The notes under the pieces are model-generated. The model worked only from the letters and a program-made list of their open reading frames with translations. It made no database searches and had not been told where the DNA came from. A stretch of DNA of 62,787 nucleotides, counting the filler. It is 4 parts of 4 records of this genome, joined end to end, with 100 filler letters (N's around TTAATTAATTAA, not from the genome) between each part and the next. Parts side by side here need not be neighbours in the genome. Positions count along the whole stretch, not along the records: positions 1 to 25,654 come from SRR22947725_1371; 3 more parts are not named here. The stretch is one strand, 5' to 3'. Shown here one piece after another: positions 1 to 10,353 of the stretch. Position 1 is the first letter of the stretch, and the number at the start of each line of letters is the position of its first letter. A program made the translations under genes and the position numbers.

Positions 1-230
1 TAGTCTTTTCAAAAATAAATCACTATAACTTACTTAAAATGAGCATATTAACTATTTTATTTTAAATAAATAACGTATATTTAAATAATAAATCTAGTTA
101 AATTTTAGTCATTATTTTGTTATACACTAAATATTTACAAGCCATATTAATGTTAAATAATTAAAAAAGTTTACTTCTTTAACAACCAGCTATTAGACTG
201 AATCATATCACCCAATCCATTTTTAAAAGA

Positions 231-252
231 AAAAACTCTAGAAATTCTAGGG
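231..252 (-). terminator. Possible weak intrinsic terminator after the polysaccharide operon
   Basis: Minus strand CCCTAGAATTTCTAGAG followed by TTTTT, a few nt after the stop of 257..937; the stem is short and imperfect. Confidence 0.3.
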
Positions 253-256
253 AAAT

Positions 257-937
257 CTATTTATAAATTTGTAGATAAGAAGGTTTTTTGGGTAAGGATT
301 TAAATATTATATCTACAAAATCGCTGTTTGGAAATATTATTACCCATGCTGTTAAAATTACTAGCTTAACATCAACAAACATGGACTGGTTTTTATAATA
401 CCATAACTCAACGTCAGTCTTATAAGGTGCTATTTTGTTTTTGTAAAACTCATGTTTATCTCCATTGAAATTTGATATCCACTTTTCTTCATCTCTAAAT
501 ATTATAGACCCTATTCCTGTAATACCAGGTTTAGATTTGTAAATTTCATTTCTTTTTTTAGGTGGAAATTTATCAAAGTCTACTTTCATTTGTGGCCTTG
601 GTCCAACAATAGACATGTTACCAATTATAACATTAAAAATCTGTGGTAATTCATTGATTTTTGATTTTCTTAAAAAGTTTCCAAAAGGCAAGACTCTAGG
701 ATCACCCCTCAAGGTTAAACTTCCTGTCCCAATGTTTGGGCTATTTTTAACCATTGTAGCAAATTTGATAATCTTAAATTCATTGTTTAAATAACCTAAT
801 CTTTTTTGTAAATAAAATATTTCGCCTTCTCCTGTAAACTTTAAAATTATCATTACTAAAATCATAGGAGCAAATAATAATAATAGACTTAAAACAGCTA
901 TAGTTAAATCAAATAATCTTTTTATTATCCTTTTCAT
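257..937 (-). CDS. Priming sugar transferase (Bac_transf, PglC/WcaJ-like phosphoglycosyltransferase)
   Basis: KRLFD N-terminal helix; KFATM; DPRV..GNFLRKSKINELPQIFNV..GNMSIVGPRP; KPGITG. Confidence 0.92.
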   Translation of the reverse strand: MKRIIKRLFDLTIAVLSLLLLFAPMILVMIILKFTGEGEIFYLQKRLGYLNNEFKIIKFATMVKNSPNIGTGSLTLRGDPRVLPFGNFLRKSKINELPQIFNVIIGNMSIVGPRPQMKVDFDKFPPKKRNEIYKSKPGITGIGSIIFRDEEKWISNFNGDKHEFYKNKIAPYKTDVELWYYKNQSMFVDVKLVILTAWVIIFPNSDFVDIIFKSLPKKPSYLQIYK

Positions 938-1956
938 TTATAAAACTTATTAGGTCCTTTAAAAAATCTATTTTCTGGATTTTCATTATAATAGTTCACA
1001 TACCAATCTAAAGTTTTACTTAAAGCTTCTTTCCAATCGGTTTTTGGATTAAAACCAAGCATTTTTCTTGCTTTTGTTAAGTCAGGACATCTTCTAGATA
1101 CAGACCCAGGATATGTTGGCGCTAACTCATAAACACCTTTGTAATTAAAATAATCCCCTGTTTCTTTAACTAAATCTTCTATAGTTATCTCTACATCATT
1201 ACCAATATGAAAAATTTCATGCTTAGCATCTTTACATTCCATTGCCTGAATTGTACCTAAAGCTCCATCATCTATTCCACAAAATGCTCTAGTTTGGTCT
1301 CCACCATAAATTTTAAAAGGAGACTCTCCATCAATAAATCTTTCAACTAAATGGGGGATTACATGACCAAATCCCATTTTAGGTCCAATAATATTATTAT
1401 ATCTAATTATTTTACAATTAAATCCGAATACTCTTGAATAATTTAAAAAGCCCGATTCTCCTAACATTTTAGTAATAGCGTAAGTAAACCTTGGATGACC
1501 AATAGGATCTACACACAATGGAATATCTTCGTCAGTTGGGACTTTATATCCAAATTTGTCAATTGTACCAGAATAACATTCACTTGTTGATGTAAATAGA
1601 ACATTTTTTACAGAACTGTTTTTAACCCATTCTAAAGAATTATAAATTAAAGCAGTATTGACTCTAATTATTTCATGAGGATTTTCAAGTGTGTTATTAA
1701 CTCCAATCATTGAAGCTAGCATATAAAAATCATCATATTTATCTTCAAGTAAATCAAAACTTGATTTTTCAGTAAAATCAGCTTTAAATAGTTTTATATT
1801 ATTGTCGGAAATGAAATTCATGAATATTTCATCGTCTTGATTATGATGAAAATTATCGGCAATTGTTATATCATAATTTTCACGCTTAGATAAAATACGT
1901 GCGATTGCAGATCCTATGAACCCTCCTCCTCCTAATATTAATACTTTTCTTTTCAT
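934..1956 (-). CDS. NAD-dependent epimerase/dehydratase, UDP-glucuronate decarboxylase-like extended SDR
   Basis: GGGGFIG; TSTSECY; YAITK (YxxxK); GGDQTRAFC; start moved to the ATG of MKRKVLIL at 1956. Confidence 0.85.
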   Translation of the reverse strand: MKRKVLILGGGGFIGSAIARILSKRENYDITIADNFHHNQDDEIFMNFISDNNIKLFKADFTEKSSFDLLEDKYDDFYMLASMIGVNNTLENPHEIIRVNTALIYNSLEWVKNSSVKNVLFTSTSECYSGTIDKFGYKVPTDEDIPLCVDPIGHPRFTYAITKMLGESGFLNYSRVFGFNCKIIRYNNIIGPKMGFGHVIPHLVERFIDGESPFKIYGGDQTRAFCGIDDGALGTIQAMECKDAKHEIFHIGNDVEITIEDLVKETGDYFNYKGVYELAPTYPGSVSRRCPDLTKARKMLGFNPKTDWKEALSKTLDWYVNYYNENPENRFFKGPNKFYK

Positions 1957-1963
1957 AATTATT

Positions 1964-3466
1964 TTATATATCTCCTCTCCCAAGAACTTTCACTTTATTA
2001 TTTTTATTTAATTCTATAATATCATTTTGTTTTAAAATACCCAAAGTATCCAAGATTTTAACATTAGACATTTTACTTATTCTAGAAATTACTTTTGGAT
2101 TTTTATATTCACTATGAGCAGCAGAAAAAACAATAATATCCCATTTCATATTTAATTTTTCATATAAATCTTGTGATACTTTTATATTAATTTCTTCCCA
2201 ATAATGGACGTACGGATCATGAGTATCAACGATAGCTTTATTATTGACACAATTCAAGTAAAATGGTTCAACAGGTGAATATCTAGTGTCTGCAACATCA
2301 CTTCTATATGAAACACCCAATAACAATATTTTTTTATTAATTATTGAATCTAAAGCAAAAGCCTTCTTCATGAAATCAAATGCATAATGAGGCATTTTAT
2401 CATTAATTTTAACACCTTTTTCACTTTGCTCCAATCCATCATTACTATTAAAATGATTAATCTTTGCCCATGATGCTAATAAAGGATCTTTAGTTAAACA
2501 ATAACCACCAACACCTATTCCTGGATACATTAAATTTGAATGAGTTGGCCTCATTCTAATAGCATCAACAATCTCATACAAATTAACCTCAGATTCTTCA
2601 GCATATCTTGACCATTCTACTGCAAATGCAATATTCATTGCACGATAAGAATTTTCTAACACTTTAGCCATCTCAGTGGCATTTGTATTTATTAACCTTG
2701 TTAAAGGATAATTTTCAGTAGAAATTATAGTTTTTAAAAACTTTTCTATTTCGATGGCAGAAGTATCATTAATCCCTGAAAAAACTCTATAAAAATTTTT
2801 AATAGAATCAATATAATTAGGGCCTGGCATAACTCTTTCATAAGAATGACCTAATTTAAATTTGTTAGGATCTAAATTCCTATCAATTAAACTTTTTTCT
2901 AAAATAGGCTTAACAACTTTTTTACATGTTCCAGGTGGAACAGTAGTTTCTACCAAAATTAATACATTTTCTTTACAATTATCTCCAATAACTTTAATTG
3001 CTTTACTGAAATTAGTAAGATCAACATTATAATTAAGTAAATCTCCCCTGAGGTTTGTTTCTTTTTGAACATCTAAATTAACATCAACAATTATGTAATT
3101 AGCCATTGAATAAGCATATGGATCATATGTTGCATAAAAATTATTCTTTTTTTGTGTTACTAAAAAAAATTCTTCAATTTTCGGGTCGGATGCAGAAATA
3201 GGAAATATTCCTTCGTTTATAGATTTAATTTTCCAATAATTATCATTATTGGCTAAATCAACTCCAATAACAGCATACTCTTCTTTTTCGGAATTTGCGC
3301 ATACTAAAGACATAACCGCTCCTACAAAACCCAATCCTTGTACAACAATTACTTTTTTGTTTGCATTTTTTTCTAAAAAAAGGTTAATATTTTTTTTATC
3401 ATCTAAAAGTTCAGGAATTATATATTTTTTCCCTGTAATTAAAGAAAGGGACTCATTATTATTCAT
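1964..3466 (-). CDS. NDP-sugar (UDP-HexNAc/UDP-Glc) 6-dehydrogenase
   Basis: GLGFVG; ETTVPPG; SYERVMPG; EMAKVLENSYR; GVGGYCLTKDP catalytic Cys. Confidence 0.9.
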   Translation of the reverse strand: MNNNESLSLITGKKYIIPELLDDKKNINLFLEKNANKKVIVVQGLGFVGAVMSLVCANSEKEEYAVIGVDLANNDNYWKIKSINEGIFPISASDPKIEEFFLVTQKKNNFYATYDPYAYSMANYIIVDVNLDVQKETNLRGDLLNYNVDLTNFSKAIKVIGDNCKENVLILVETTVPPGTCKKVVKPILEKSLIDRNLDPNKFKLGHSYERVMPGPNYIDSIKNFYRVFSGINDTSAIEIEKFLKTIISTENYPLTRLINTNATEMAKVLENSYRAMNIAFAVEWSRYAEESEVNLYEIVDAIRMRPTHSNLMYPGIGVGGYCLTKDPLLASWAKINHFNSNDGLEQSEKGVKINDKMPHYAFDFMKKAFALDSIINKKILLLGVSYRSDVADTRYSPVEPFYLNCVNNKAIVDTHDPYVHYWEEINIKVSQDLYEKLNMKWDIIVFSAAHSEYKNPKVISRISKMSNVKILDTLGILKQNDIIELNKNNKVKVLGRGDI

Positions 3467-3493
3467 AAATTTGATTTAATACAAAAATAAACT

Positions 3494-4678
3494 TTAAATT
3501 GATTTATATAGCTTTTCAACATTATTAACTAACACATTATAGTTGAATAATTCTAAACTCCTTGATTTAGCATTTACACCTAATTCAGTTCTTAGGTTTT
3601 CATCATTTATTAACTTCAATAAATGATTTCCAAATTCTTTAACTGAACAATTTGAAACAATTCCGCTTTTAAAATTTTCGATAATATCAGAAACTCCTCC
3701 AACGTTAGTTGAAATAGAAGCTTTTCCACATGCCATAGATTCTATTATGCTTACAGGAGTTCCTTCATTATGAGATGTTAAAGCAACAATATCGGATGCA
3801 GCTAAAAAATAATCAATATCTCTCTGCCATGAACAAAATAACACATCGTAATTATCAATAATTTTCTTGTAGCTGAAACTTAATCCATTTTCATTTGTAT
3901 AATTAATTAAATCTTCCATTTCTGATCCATCTCCAATTATCAATGCTTTTATAGGGACATTAGTTCTTAGTTTACAATAGTTAAAAACATCAATAAATAA
4001 TTTGTGATTTTTAATAGGAACAACTCTCCCAACTATAGAAATAAGGACTTCTTCATTAGAAATATTATACTTTTTTCTTATTAGATTTCTTTTATTCTTG
4101 ATATTATTAGAAAATTTTTTTAAATCAAATCCTAGTGGAATAACTTCAATTTTAGATTCATCACAAATTAAATATTTATTTACTAAATCCATTTTTTGTA
4201 TTTGTGAAATTGCTATAATTTTATCTGTTCTAGAAGCTAGATAACGTTCAATTGAAACTATAATTTTATTTATAGTCTTAGAAAAATACCCCTCAAATAC
4301 ATTCCCGTGATATGTATGAACTAACTTAACTTTTTTGATATAAAAAAGTGAAGCAAACCTACCAAGAAGACCTGCCTTTGCAGCATGAGTATGGATTATG
4401 TCAGGCTTAGTTTTATATATTATATAAATTATGTGTATCAATGAAATTAAATCATATAAAGGAGATATTTTTCTTCTCATGTACTTAATTTCTTTATAAT
4501 TTATTTTTTCGTTATCTAAAATATATTTTGCTGACTCTTCATGCTTTTCATGAATACCTCCAATTAAAGTAGTGATAAAATAATTTGGATTTAGATACTT
4601 TGTTAAATAGGTTGCATTATAAACTGGGCCACCAACATTAAATCTATTCAATATTCTAAGAATTTTCTTTTTACGCAT
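3494..4678 (-). CDS. Glycosyltransferase family 4
   Basis: NVGGP; HTHAAKAG; VGRVVPIKNH; EGTPVSIIESM (EX7E). Confidence 0.92.
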   Translation of the reverse strand: MRKKKILRILNRFNVGGPVYNATYLTKYLNPNYFITTLIGGIHEKHEESAKYILDNEKINYKEIKYMRRKISPLYDLISLIHIIYIIYKTKPDIIHTHAAKAGLLGRFASLFYIKKVKLVHTYHGNVFEGYFSKTINKIIVSIERYLASRTDKIIAISQIQKMDLVNKYLICDESKIEVIPLGFDLKKFSNNIKNKRNLIRKKYNISNEEVLISIVGRVVPIKNHKLFIDVFNYCKLRTNVPIKALIIGDGSEMEDLINYTNENGLSFSYKKIIDNYDVLFCSWQRDIDYFLAASDIVALTSHNEGTPVSIIESMACGKASISTNVGGVSDIIENFKSGIVSNCSVKEFGNHLLKLINDENLRTELGVNAKSRSLELFNYNVLVNNVEKLYKSI

Positions 4679-4686
4679 AAAAATTA

Positions 4687-5733
4687 TTATATAGTTTTAA
4701 ATTTATCAAAATATGAATTGTAAGATAGATTTTTAATATAATTAGATCTTTTAGTTTCCTGAATAGTTGTTAGTTGAAAATTACTATTCAATCTTCTTAG
4801 CATAGTAATCATAGAATTTTCATCATTAGGTTCACAAGTTAAAATCCAACTCATCTTTGAGATATCCTCTACACATTTAGTGCTTAAAATATTTTTGTTT
4901 AATAAAATCATCTCGTTAAGAACATTTGGAAATCCCTCATTTCTAGACGGCACTATACATCCTTTTGCATTTTTGATTAATGGAAAAGGATTAGTAATTT
5001 CATTTTTAATAAAGATTTTGTTAGACAGCCTATTATTAGTTATCAGTTTTTTTAAATTATTATATTCAATACCACTTCCAAATATGTAAAGATTAGGCAA
5101 TGAATCGATTTTGGAATAAGCATTAATCAAAATATCAAATCCTTTATCGTAGATCAATCTACCTAAACAAATAAAATATTCTTTTTCAATAATATCTGTT
5201 TGTAGTTTAGACATTGATTTAATCTTATCTTTTTCAATTGGATTAGCTAGAACAATTTTTAAGGGATTTAATAGTTGCAAATTTTTATCAAAATAACTTT
5301 TCATTTCATTTGTTTGAAAAATTACTGTATCAGAATATTTATAGCCTATTTTATGAAAAAAACTATATTTCAAAAGCTGAAAACCTTTAAATCTTTTATA
5401 ATAATTAGTTGATTCTCTTATTAATATTTTATTCACATCAAAAATTTTACATTTTCTGAGAATTGATAATATAGAATTCAAATAAATATTTGAAGTAAAA
5501 GAAATGTTATATTTTTTATTAAAAAGAAAAAATGGCAAAAAGAAATATCCCAAGTAATTAATATCACTAATTATTTTGTATTTATAGCCTTTCCAAAAGT
5601 TGTTATTGCCATAAGAAGAAATAAATACTAAATCGTAATTAATCGAATTTAATTTACAATAATCAATATACATTTTCAATATTCTTTCTGATCCTCCAGT
5701 TTTAAAATTTGGCACAACAATTAAATTCATCAT
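4687..5733 (-). CDS. Glycosyltransferase family 4
   Basis: GGSER; GRLIYDKGFD; SRNEGFPNVLNE. Confidence 0.88.
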   Translation of the reverse strand: MMNLIVVPNFKTGGSERILKMYIDYCKLNSINYDLVFISSYGNNNFWKGYKYKIISDINYLGYFFLPFFLFNKKYNISFTSNIYLNSILSILRKCKIFDVNKILIRESTNYYKRFKGFQLLKYSFFHKIGYKYSDTVIFQTNEMKSYFDKNLQLLNPLKIVLANPIEKDKIKSMSKLQTDIIEKEYFICLGRLIYDKGFDILINAYSKIDSLPNLYIFGSGIEYNNLKKLITNNRLSNKIFIKNEITNPFPLIKNAKGCIVPSRNEGFPNVLNEMILLNKNILSTKCVEDISKMSWILTCEPNDENSMITMLRRLNSNFQLTTIQETKRSNYIKNLSYNSYFDKFKTI

Positions 5734-6860
5734 ACTATTTCATTAAATAAATCCAAATAATTTTTTTGGAAATAATTTTTTGAAAAATAATCGCTAGTTA
5801 TTTTAGAAATTTGTGGGTAATCAAAATTCATATTTAACATTCTCAATATTTTATTTTTTAAAATATCCTCATTTTCAAACAATGGATCATAGGATTCGCC
5901 AAAAGCATAATCTTTGTAAAAGTTTTTTAAATAATTAATTGTTTTATGAAAGCCAATAATAGGTGTGCCAACTAATAATGACTCTATGTAAACTATACCA
6001 AAACCTTCATCTGAACTTGGAACAACAAAAAGACGACTTCTAGAAATAATTCTAAACTTTGATTCTTCATCAACATCACCATGAAAAATAATTCTACTAT
6101 TTTTTTTAGAAATTTCTATTAGATTTTTCAACTCAGGACCATCTCCAACAATATTTAACTTAAATTTTTTAAACTCATTGCAATTAAAAATATTAATCAA
6201 AACATCACAATTCTTTCTTTTCCACAATTTACTAACAAAGGTGATTTCATTTTTTTTTCTTGAAAGATCTGTTTTTTTTAAATCAAAGACTTCAACGGAG
6301 GGGTGAATAGTTTTGAAATTTTTATGAACTGATTTATCAACAATACCATCCATTAGAACGATAACTTTATCAAAATATTGATGATTTTGAATTTTACCGT
6401 GATAAAAATTTGAAACAAATTTTATATTAGAAAATTTTTTCTTTAAACTTGGAACCAATAAATTAAAAGTACTATTGGTAAATGCTGAGTAAATTACAGA
6501 ATAATTATTTGTATTTAAAATACTTGTAATCCTGATATACTCCAAACTCAACTGAGCTGAATTAAGAGGTCTAAAAAAGGAATACTTAATTAGCGGATTA
6601 AAAAAAAATAAAATAAAATATAAAATAAACTGAAAATCATTAACTCCGGCAAATAATTTAGAATTTATTATTTTAAAACTTAAATTCTCACCATCATAAT
6701 TTGCAATGCTATCACTGAGATTATTCTTCAAATCGAATAAATATAGATCATATTTTTCTTGAAGAGATCTTAAAATGTCTTTACATAATATAATTTTACC
6801 TCCACTGTTCTTATTAGTTATGATTTCATAGGTAGGAAATAGACACAAAATCTTTTTCAT
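5730..6860 (-). CDS. Glycosyltransferase family 4
   Basis: SGG near the N-terminus; VGDGPE; EGFGIVYIES. Confidence 0.85.
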   Translation of the reverse strand: MKKILCLFPTYEIITNKNSGGKIILCKDILRSLQEKYDLYLFDLKNNLSDSIANYDGENLSFKIINSKLFAGVNDFQFILYFILFFFNPLIKYSFFRPLNSAQLSLEYIRITSILNTNNYSVIYSAFTNSTFNLLVPSLKKKFSNIKFVSNFYHGKIQNHQYFDKVIVLMDGIVDKSVHKNFKTIHPSVEVFDLKKTDLSRKKNEITFVSKLWKRKNCDVLINIFNCNEFKKFKLNIVGDGPELKNLIEISKKNSRIIFHGDVDEESKFRIISRSRLFVVPSSDEGFGIVYIESLLVGTPIIGFHKTINYLKNFYKDYAFGESYDPLFENEDILKNKILRMLNMNFDYPQISKITSDYFSKNYFQKNYLDLFNEIV

Positions 6861-6863
6861 AAT

Positions 6864-8105
6864 TTATAATTTATAATTTATAATATAAAATAAAACTCCT
6901 AAACCAAAAATAGCTCTAAAAAGAAAAACAAAACCCAAGAATAAAACAATTATTTCACTAAAGAAAATTAAGACAACTAACATTGTTATTATGTCAGGAA
7001 GCAATAAAAGAAATATAAAAGGGCGAATATTACTTGTAGACATAATTTTAACAGAGTAGGGTACTGAAGATGTAACTATAATTGATTCTAAAGTTTTTAA
7101 AAGGAAGAAAACAATTAAAACACTACTTAGTTCGAAAATATAAACATTGGTAAATAAATAGTAAGCAATAACAAAAATAACGATATATGATAAAATTGTA
7201 CCAATAAAAAATAGTTTTCTAGTTTTAAATATTGATATATTTTCATCGTTACTAGCATTAACAAAACTAGCCGAAACACTAGAAAAAAGAGATGAAAGGC
7301 CGTAGAAAATTTTATTAAGAATTATGAAAACAAAAATTAAGTTATTATTTAAAATGAGTGGCGAAATTAGAGCAAAAATATTAGTTTTAAAATAGGAAAT
7401 AGGAAGTTTGATTAAATCAAAAATTGTATATTTTTTTAGAATATTTTTGAATAATTTATAAAAAGAGAAAAAGTCAATTTTTTTAAAATTTTCTAAAGTA
7501 AAATGGCTGTGCTGTGTATTTATAAAATAAATTAGTGATAATAAAAAAGGTGTGTATAATATAATTATTAAAGATTGATCAAAATTATCAGTACCTAAAA
7601 AAATAAATATTGTTATTATAAAAAATTTAGAAAGAAAAAAAATTATTGAAATTTTTAAACCATTTATAAATTTCTTGGATGAAATAAGAATGTTATTAAA
7701 AAAGGTGAAAAAAGAGTCAAATACTGAGGATAAAAGTATTAAGAATATTAAACTAAATTCAAAATTAGTCTCATCAAAATATTCTGAATAAAATAAATCT
7801 TTATAGAAGAAAAAACTTAATAAAGATATTAATATGACAGAGCAAAAAGCTTTGTAAGAAAATACAGAAAAGAACCAATTTAATTTGCCTCTTAAATCGT
7901 AGTTATAAAAAAATCTAAGTGATGATGCATCAAATAAACTACCAATTGACTGAGCAAAAGCCGAAAAAGATAATATTATTGAAAAAGAACCCATAAAAAT
8001 CTCTCCATATAAAATTGACATCAAATAAAGATTGAAAAATCTAAAAAAAAACTCGATAGATTTATTCAAATAGACATTTTGATAGGAATTATTTAATTTG
8101 ATCAT
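6864..8105 (-). CDS. wzx: Probable Wzx flippase
   Basis: 413 aa, hydrophobic throughout, LYGEIFMGSFS early motif typical of MOP exporters, located in a polysaccharide cluster. Confidence 0.7.
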   Translation of the reverse strand: MIKLNNSYQNVYLNKSIEFFFRFFNLYLMSILYGEIFMGSFSIILSFSAFAQSIGSLFDASSLRFFYNYDLRGKLNWFFSVFSYKAFCSVILISLLSFFFYKDLFYSEYFDETNFEFSLIFLILLSSVFDSFFTFFNNILISSKKFINGLKISIIFFLSKFFIITIFIFLGTDNFDQSLIIILYTPFLLSLIYFINTQHSHFTLENFKKIDFFSFYKLFKNILKKYTIFDLIKLPISYFKTNIFALISPLILNNNLIFVFIILNKIFYGLSSLFSSVSASFVNASNDENISIFKTRKLFFIGTILSYIVIFVIAYYLFTNVYIFELSSVLIVFFLLKTLESIIVTSSVPYSVKIMSTSNIRPFIFLLLLPDIITMLVVLIFFSEIIVLFLGFVFLFRAIFGLGVLFYIINYKL

Positions 8106-9283
8106 TTCCTATAAGAAAAAATAAATATTAAAAGTAAGGCTCTTGCCGAATAATTTTGAATTAAAAAAGGTTCTTTAATTTCAAAAACAAGTAATATTAA
8201 AATTAATAGATAGTTTATAAACTTATGATTAAAATGTGTTTTAATTGCATTACAAATAAAATAGGAATAAAATAAAACTGATCCCAGTCCTATAGCATTA
8301 GTCATTCTCCAATAGCCACTGTCTGATTGAATAAGAAAATCAGATGGACCACTATAATATCCGTTACCTAAGATAAAATTATTTACATTAAAGCTGGTGG
8401 TTTCAGAGAGTTCTGTAACAGATGAATTAGAAAATTCAAAAACATTAAACTCAATAAAAGTTTCAAAAGTACTAAAAACCCAAAAAAACCAAGAATAATC
8501 TAATTGTTGAGCTAATATATTTTGAAACAATAAAATAAATACGAATAAAAATAAAGAGAAGGAAACTAAAAAATTGATTGGCTTATTTTTAAATTGAATA
8601 AATAAAAAAATTGAATATAAAATAAAGCCTACATAGATAGAAGATCTTGATATAAAAAAACAAGACAAAAATATTACTGAAATTTTTAATAAATTATAAT
8701 AATTTATTTTTTTTAATCCATTATTAATTAATAAAACCATTGCGATTACGTTAAATAAACCTAAACTAGCACCACCTCCAAGTGCTATCCCTCTTAATCT
8801 AAAACTACTGTTAGCATAAGAAATATTATTATCCGAATATTGAACTAAAATATTTTCTAAAAAATCCCTTAACGGATCATAAAAGAATTCTAATAAAATA
8901 ATAGTGCTATTAATAAACGATGCTAAAATAATTATCTCTACAACAAGTTTTAAACTTAAATACTTTTTAAATACAGAGGAAATTAGAATAAACGATAAAA
9001 AAAATAAGAATATTTTTAAGAAATTGAAAATATTGTGATTATTTAAATACGCAAAAATTATAAAAATAAAGACAAAAGGAATGGTAAGTAAAATACTTTT
9101 TGAGTGATTTAAAAAAATTTTTATATCTGATTTAGTAACCAATAAAATGGAAATGAAAAAAATAAAGTAAGACAGTTTTAAACTTGTAAAACCAAAACTA
9201 AAGGTTGTATTTAATAAATAAATTATTATAATACATTTGATAAAGAAGGGATTATATAATAATTGATTAAAATACTTTTTCAT
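8102..9283 (-). CDS. wzy: Probable Wzy O-antigen/capsule polymerase
   Basis: Multi-TM protein with RLRG, SRSS, ILGNG and SDSGY loop motifs typical of Wzy/WaaL proteins. Confidence 0.7.
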   Translation of the reverse strand: MKKYFNQLLYNPFFIKCIIIIYLLNTTFSFGFTSLKLSYFIFFISILLVTKSDIKIFLNHSKSILLTIPFVFIFIIFAYLNNHNIFNFLKIFLFFLSFILISSVFKKYLSLKLVVEIIILASFINSTIILLEFFYDPLRDFLENILVQYSDNNISYANSSFRLRGIALGGGASLGLFNVIAMVLLINNGLKKINYYNLLKISVIFLSCFFISRSSIYVGFILYSIFLFIQFKNKPINFLVSFSLFLFVFILLFQNILAQQLDYSWFFWVFSTFETFIEFNVFEFSNSSVTELSETTSFNVNNFILGNGYYSGPSDFLIQSDSGYWRMTNAIGLGSVLFYSYFICNAIKTHFNHKFINYLLILILLVFEIKEPFLIQNYSARALLLIFIFSYRK

Positions 9284-10353
9284 GAAAAAATCAAGTTAAC
9301 TCTTTTCTCCCAACTATATAAATCATTAAAATTTTGAAAACTATTTTCTGATCTTGAAATTAATAATCTTCTTTTATTATTTAAATTCTCTATTACATCA
9401 ACAGCATTTTGCAAATTTTGAAAGTCAATTAAAAAAGAATTTTCTTTATTCAAAACCTCTTTTAAAACTTTTAAATCTGATGAAATTACACATCCATATG
9501 AGGAGAAATATTCAAATAATTTTAGAGGACTAGTAAAACTTCCAATATCCCTTTTGCCATGTATTTTAACGGTTTTTGAATTTGGCAATAAAAAAATATG
9601 ACAAGTTTTCATAATCTTTAAAAGTTCAATATGACTAATTCTCGGATAAACAAATAAATTTTTATTAGTAAATGAAATATTTCTATTCTCACCAACAATA
9701 ACAAAATCAAAATTTAATAGCTTCTTAGATAATTTGTATACTTTTTCAATTCCTTTTCCAGGGTGTGATGATCCAAAATATCCAATTTTCAATTTCGTAT
9801 TGGTATTTAAAATAGATTTCTTTTTTTTTTGTTTAAAAGAGTCGCTTATGTGCGAAACAGATGCATCAGGTGAAATAATATGATCTACATTTTTTAAATT
9901 ATAAGACTTTAAATAATTTAAATACAGTTCATTTGTTATAAAAATTAATTTAACTCTGTTAAATCTTAATAATAATTTGAAAAGAAAAGTATTCTGAAAA
10001 TTAAATTGTTTATTGTGTAATTCAAAAAAAACTTTTTTTCTAAAAGCTGACGCTAATACAGCGATTATCAAAACTCTTGTATAAATAATTTCTGTTTTTT
10101 TTGAGAATAAAAATTTACTAATTAGTTTGAAAAATGAATATTTCAAGCCGACAGTTTTAACTCTAAAGTAATTTTTAAGATTAAAATGTTTTTTTAAACC
10201 ATAAAAATCTATTTTTGAGTCATTTGAAAACAAAAACAATTCTAGATCAAATTTTTTAGCAATGGCATCACTCATGTAAATTACATTTACAATGTTAGCG
10301 TTGCTACCAGGAAAAGATGATGAACTCCAATATGTTATTTTTTCTTTATCCAA
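9280..10353 (-). CDS. Glycosyltransferase family 4
   Basis: PGSNAN; GYFGS..PGKG; FTSPLKLFEY; YSWEKR. Confidence 0.85.
   Translation of the reverse strand: MDKEKITYWSSSSFPGSNANIVNVIYMSDAIAKKFDLELFLFSNDSKIDFYGLKKHFNLKNYFRVKTVGLKYSFFKLISKFLFSKKTEIIYTRVLIIAVLASAFRKKVFFELHNKQFNFQNTFLFKLLLRFNRVKLIFITNELYLNYLKSYNLKNVDHIISPDASVSHISDSFKQKKKKSILNTNTKLKIGYFGSSHPGKGIEKVYKLSKKLLNFDFVIVGENRNISFTNKNLFVYPRISHIELLKIMKTCHIFLLPNSKTVKIHGKRDIGSFTSPLKLFEYFSSYGCVISSDLKVLKEVLNKENSFLIDFQNLQNAVDVIENLNNKRRLLISRSENSFQNFNDLYSWEKRVNLIFS

Noticed and set aside
1-230. Possible gene or ncRNA at the window start
   Set aside because: Very AT-rich, with no ORF of useful length and no recognisable structure
9821-9830. A10 tract in a GT4 gene as a phase-variation switch
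   Set aside because: It is in frame, encodes Lys, and runs of this length are frequent at this AT content
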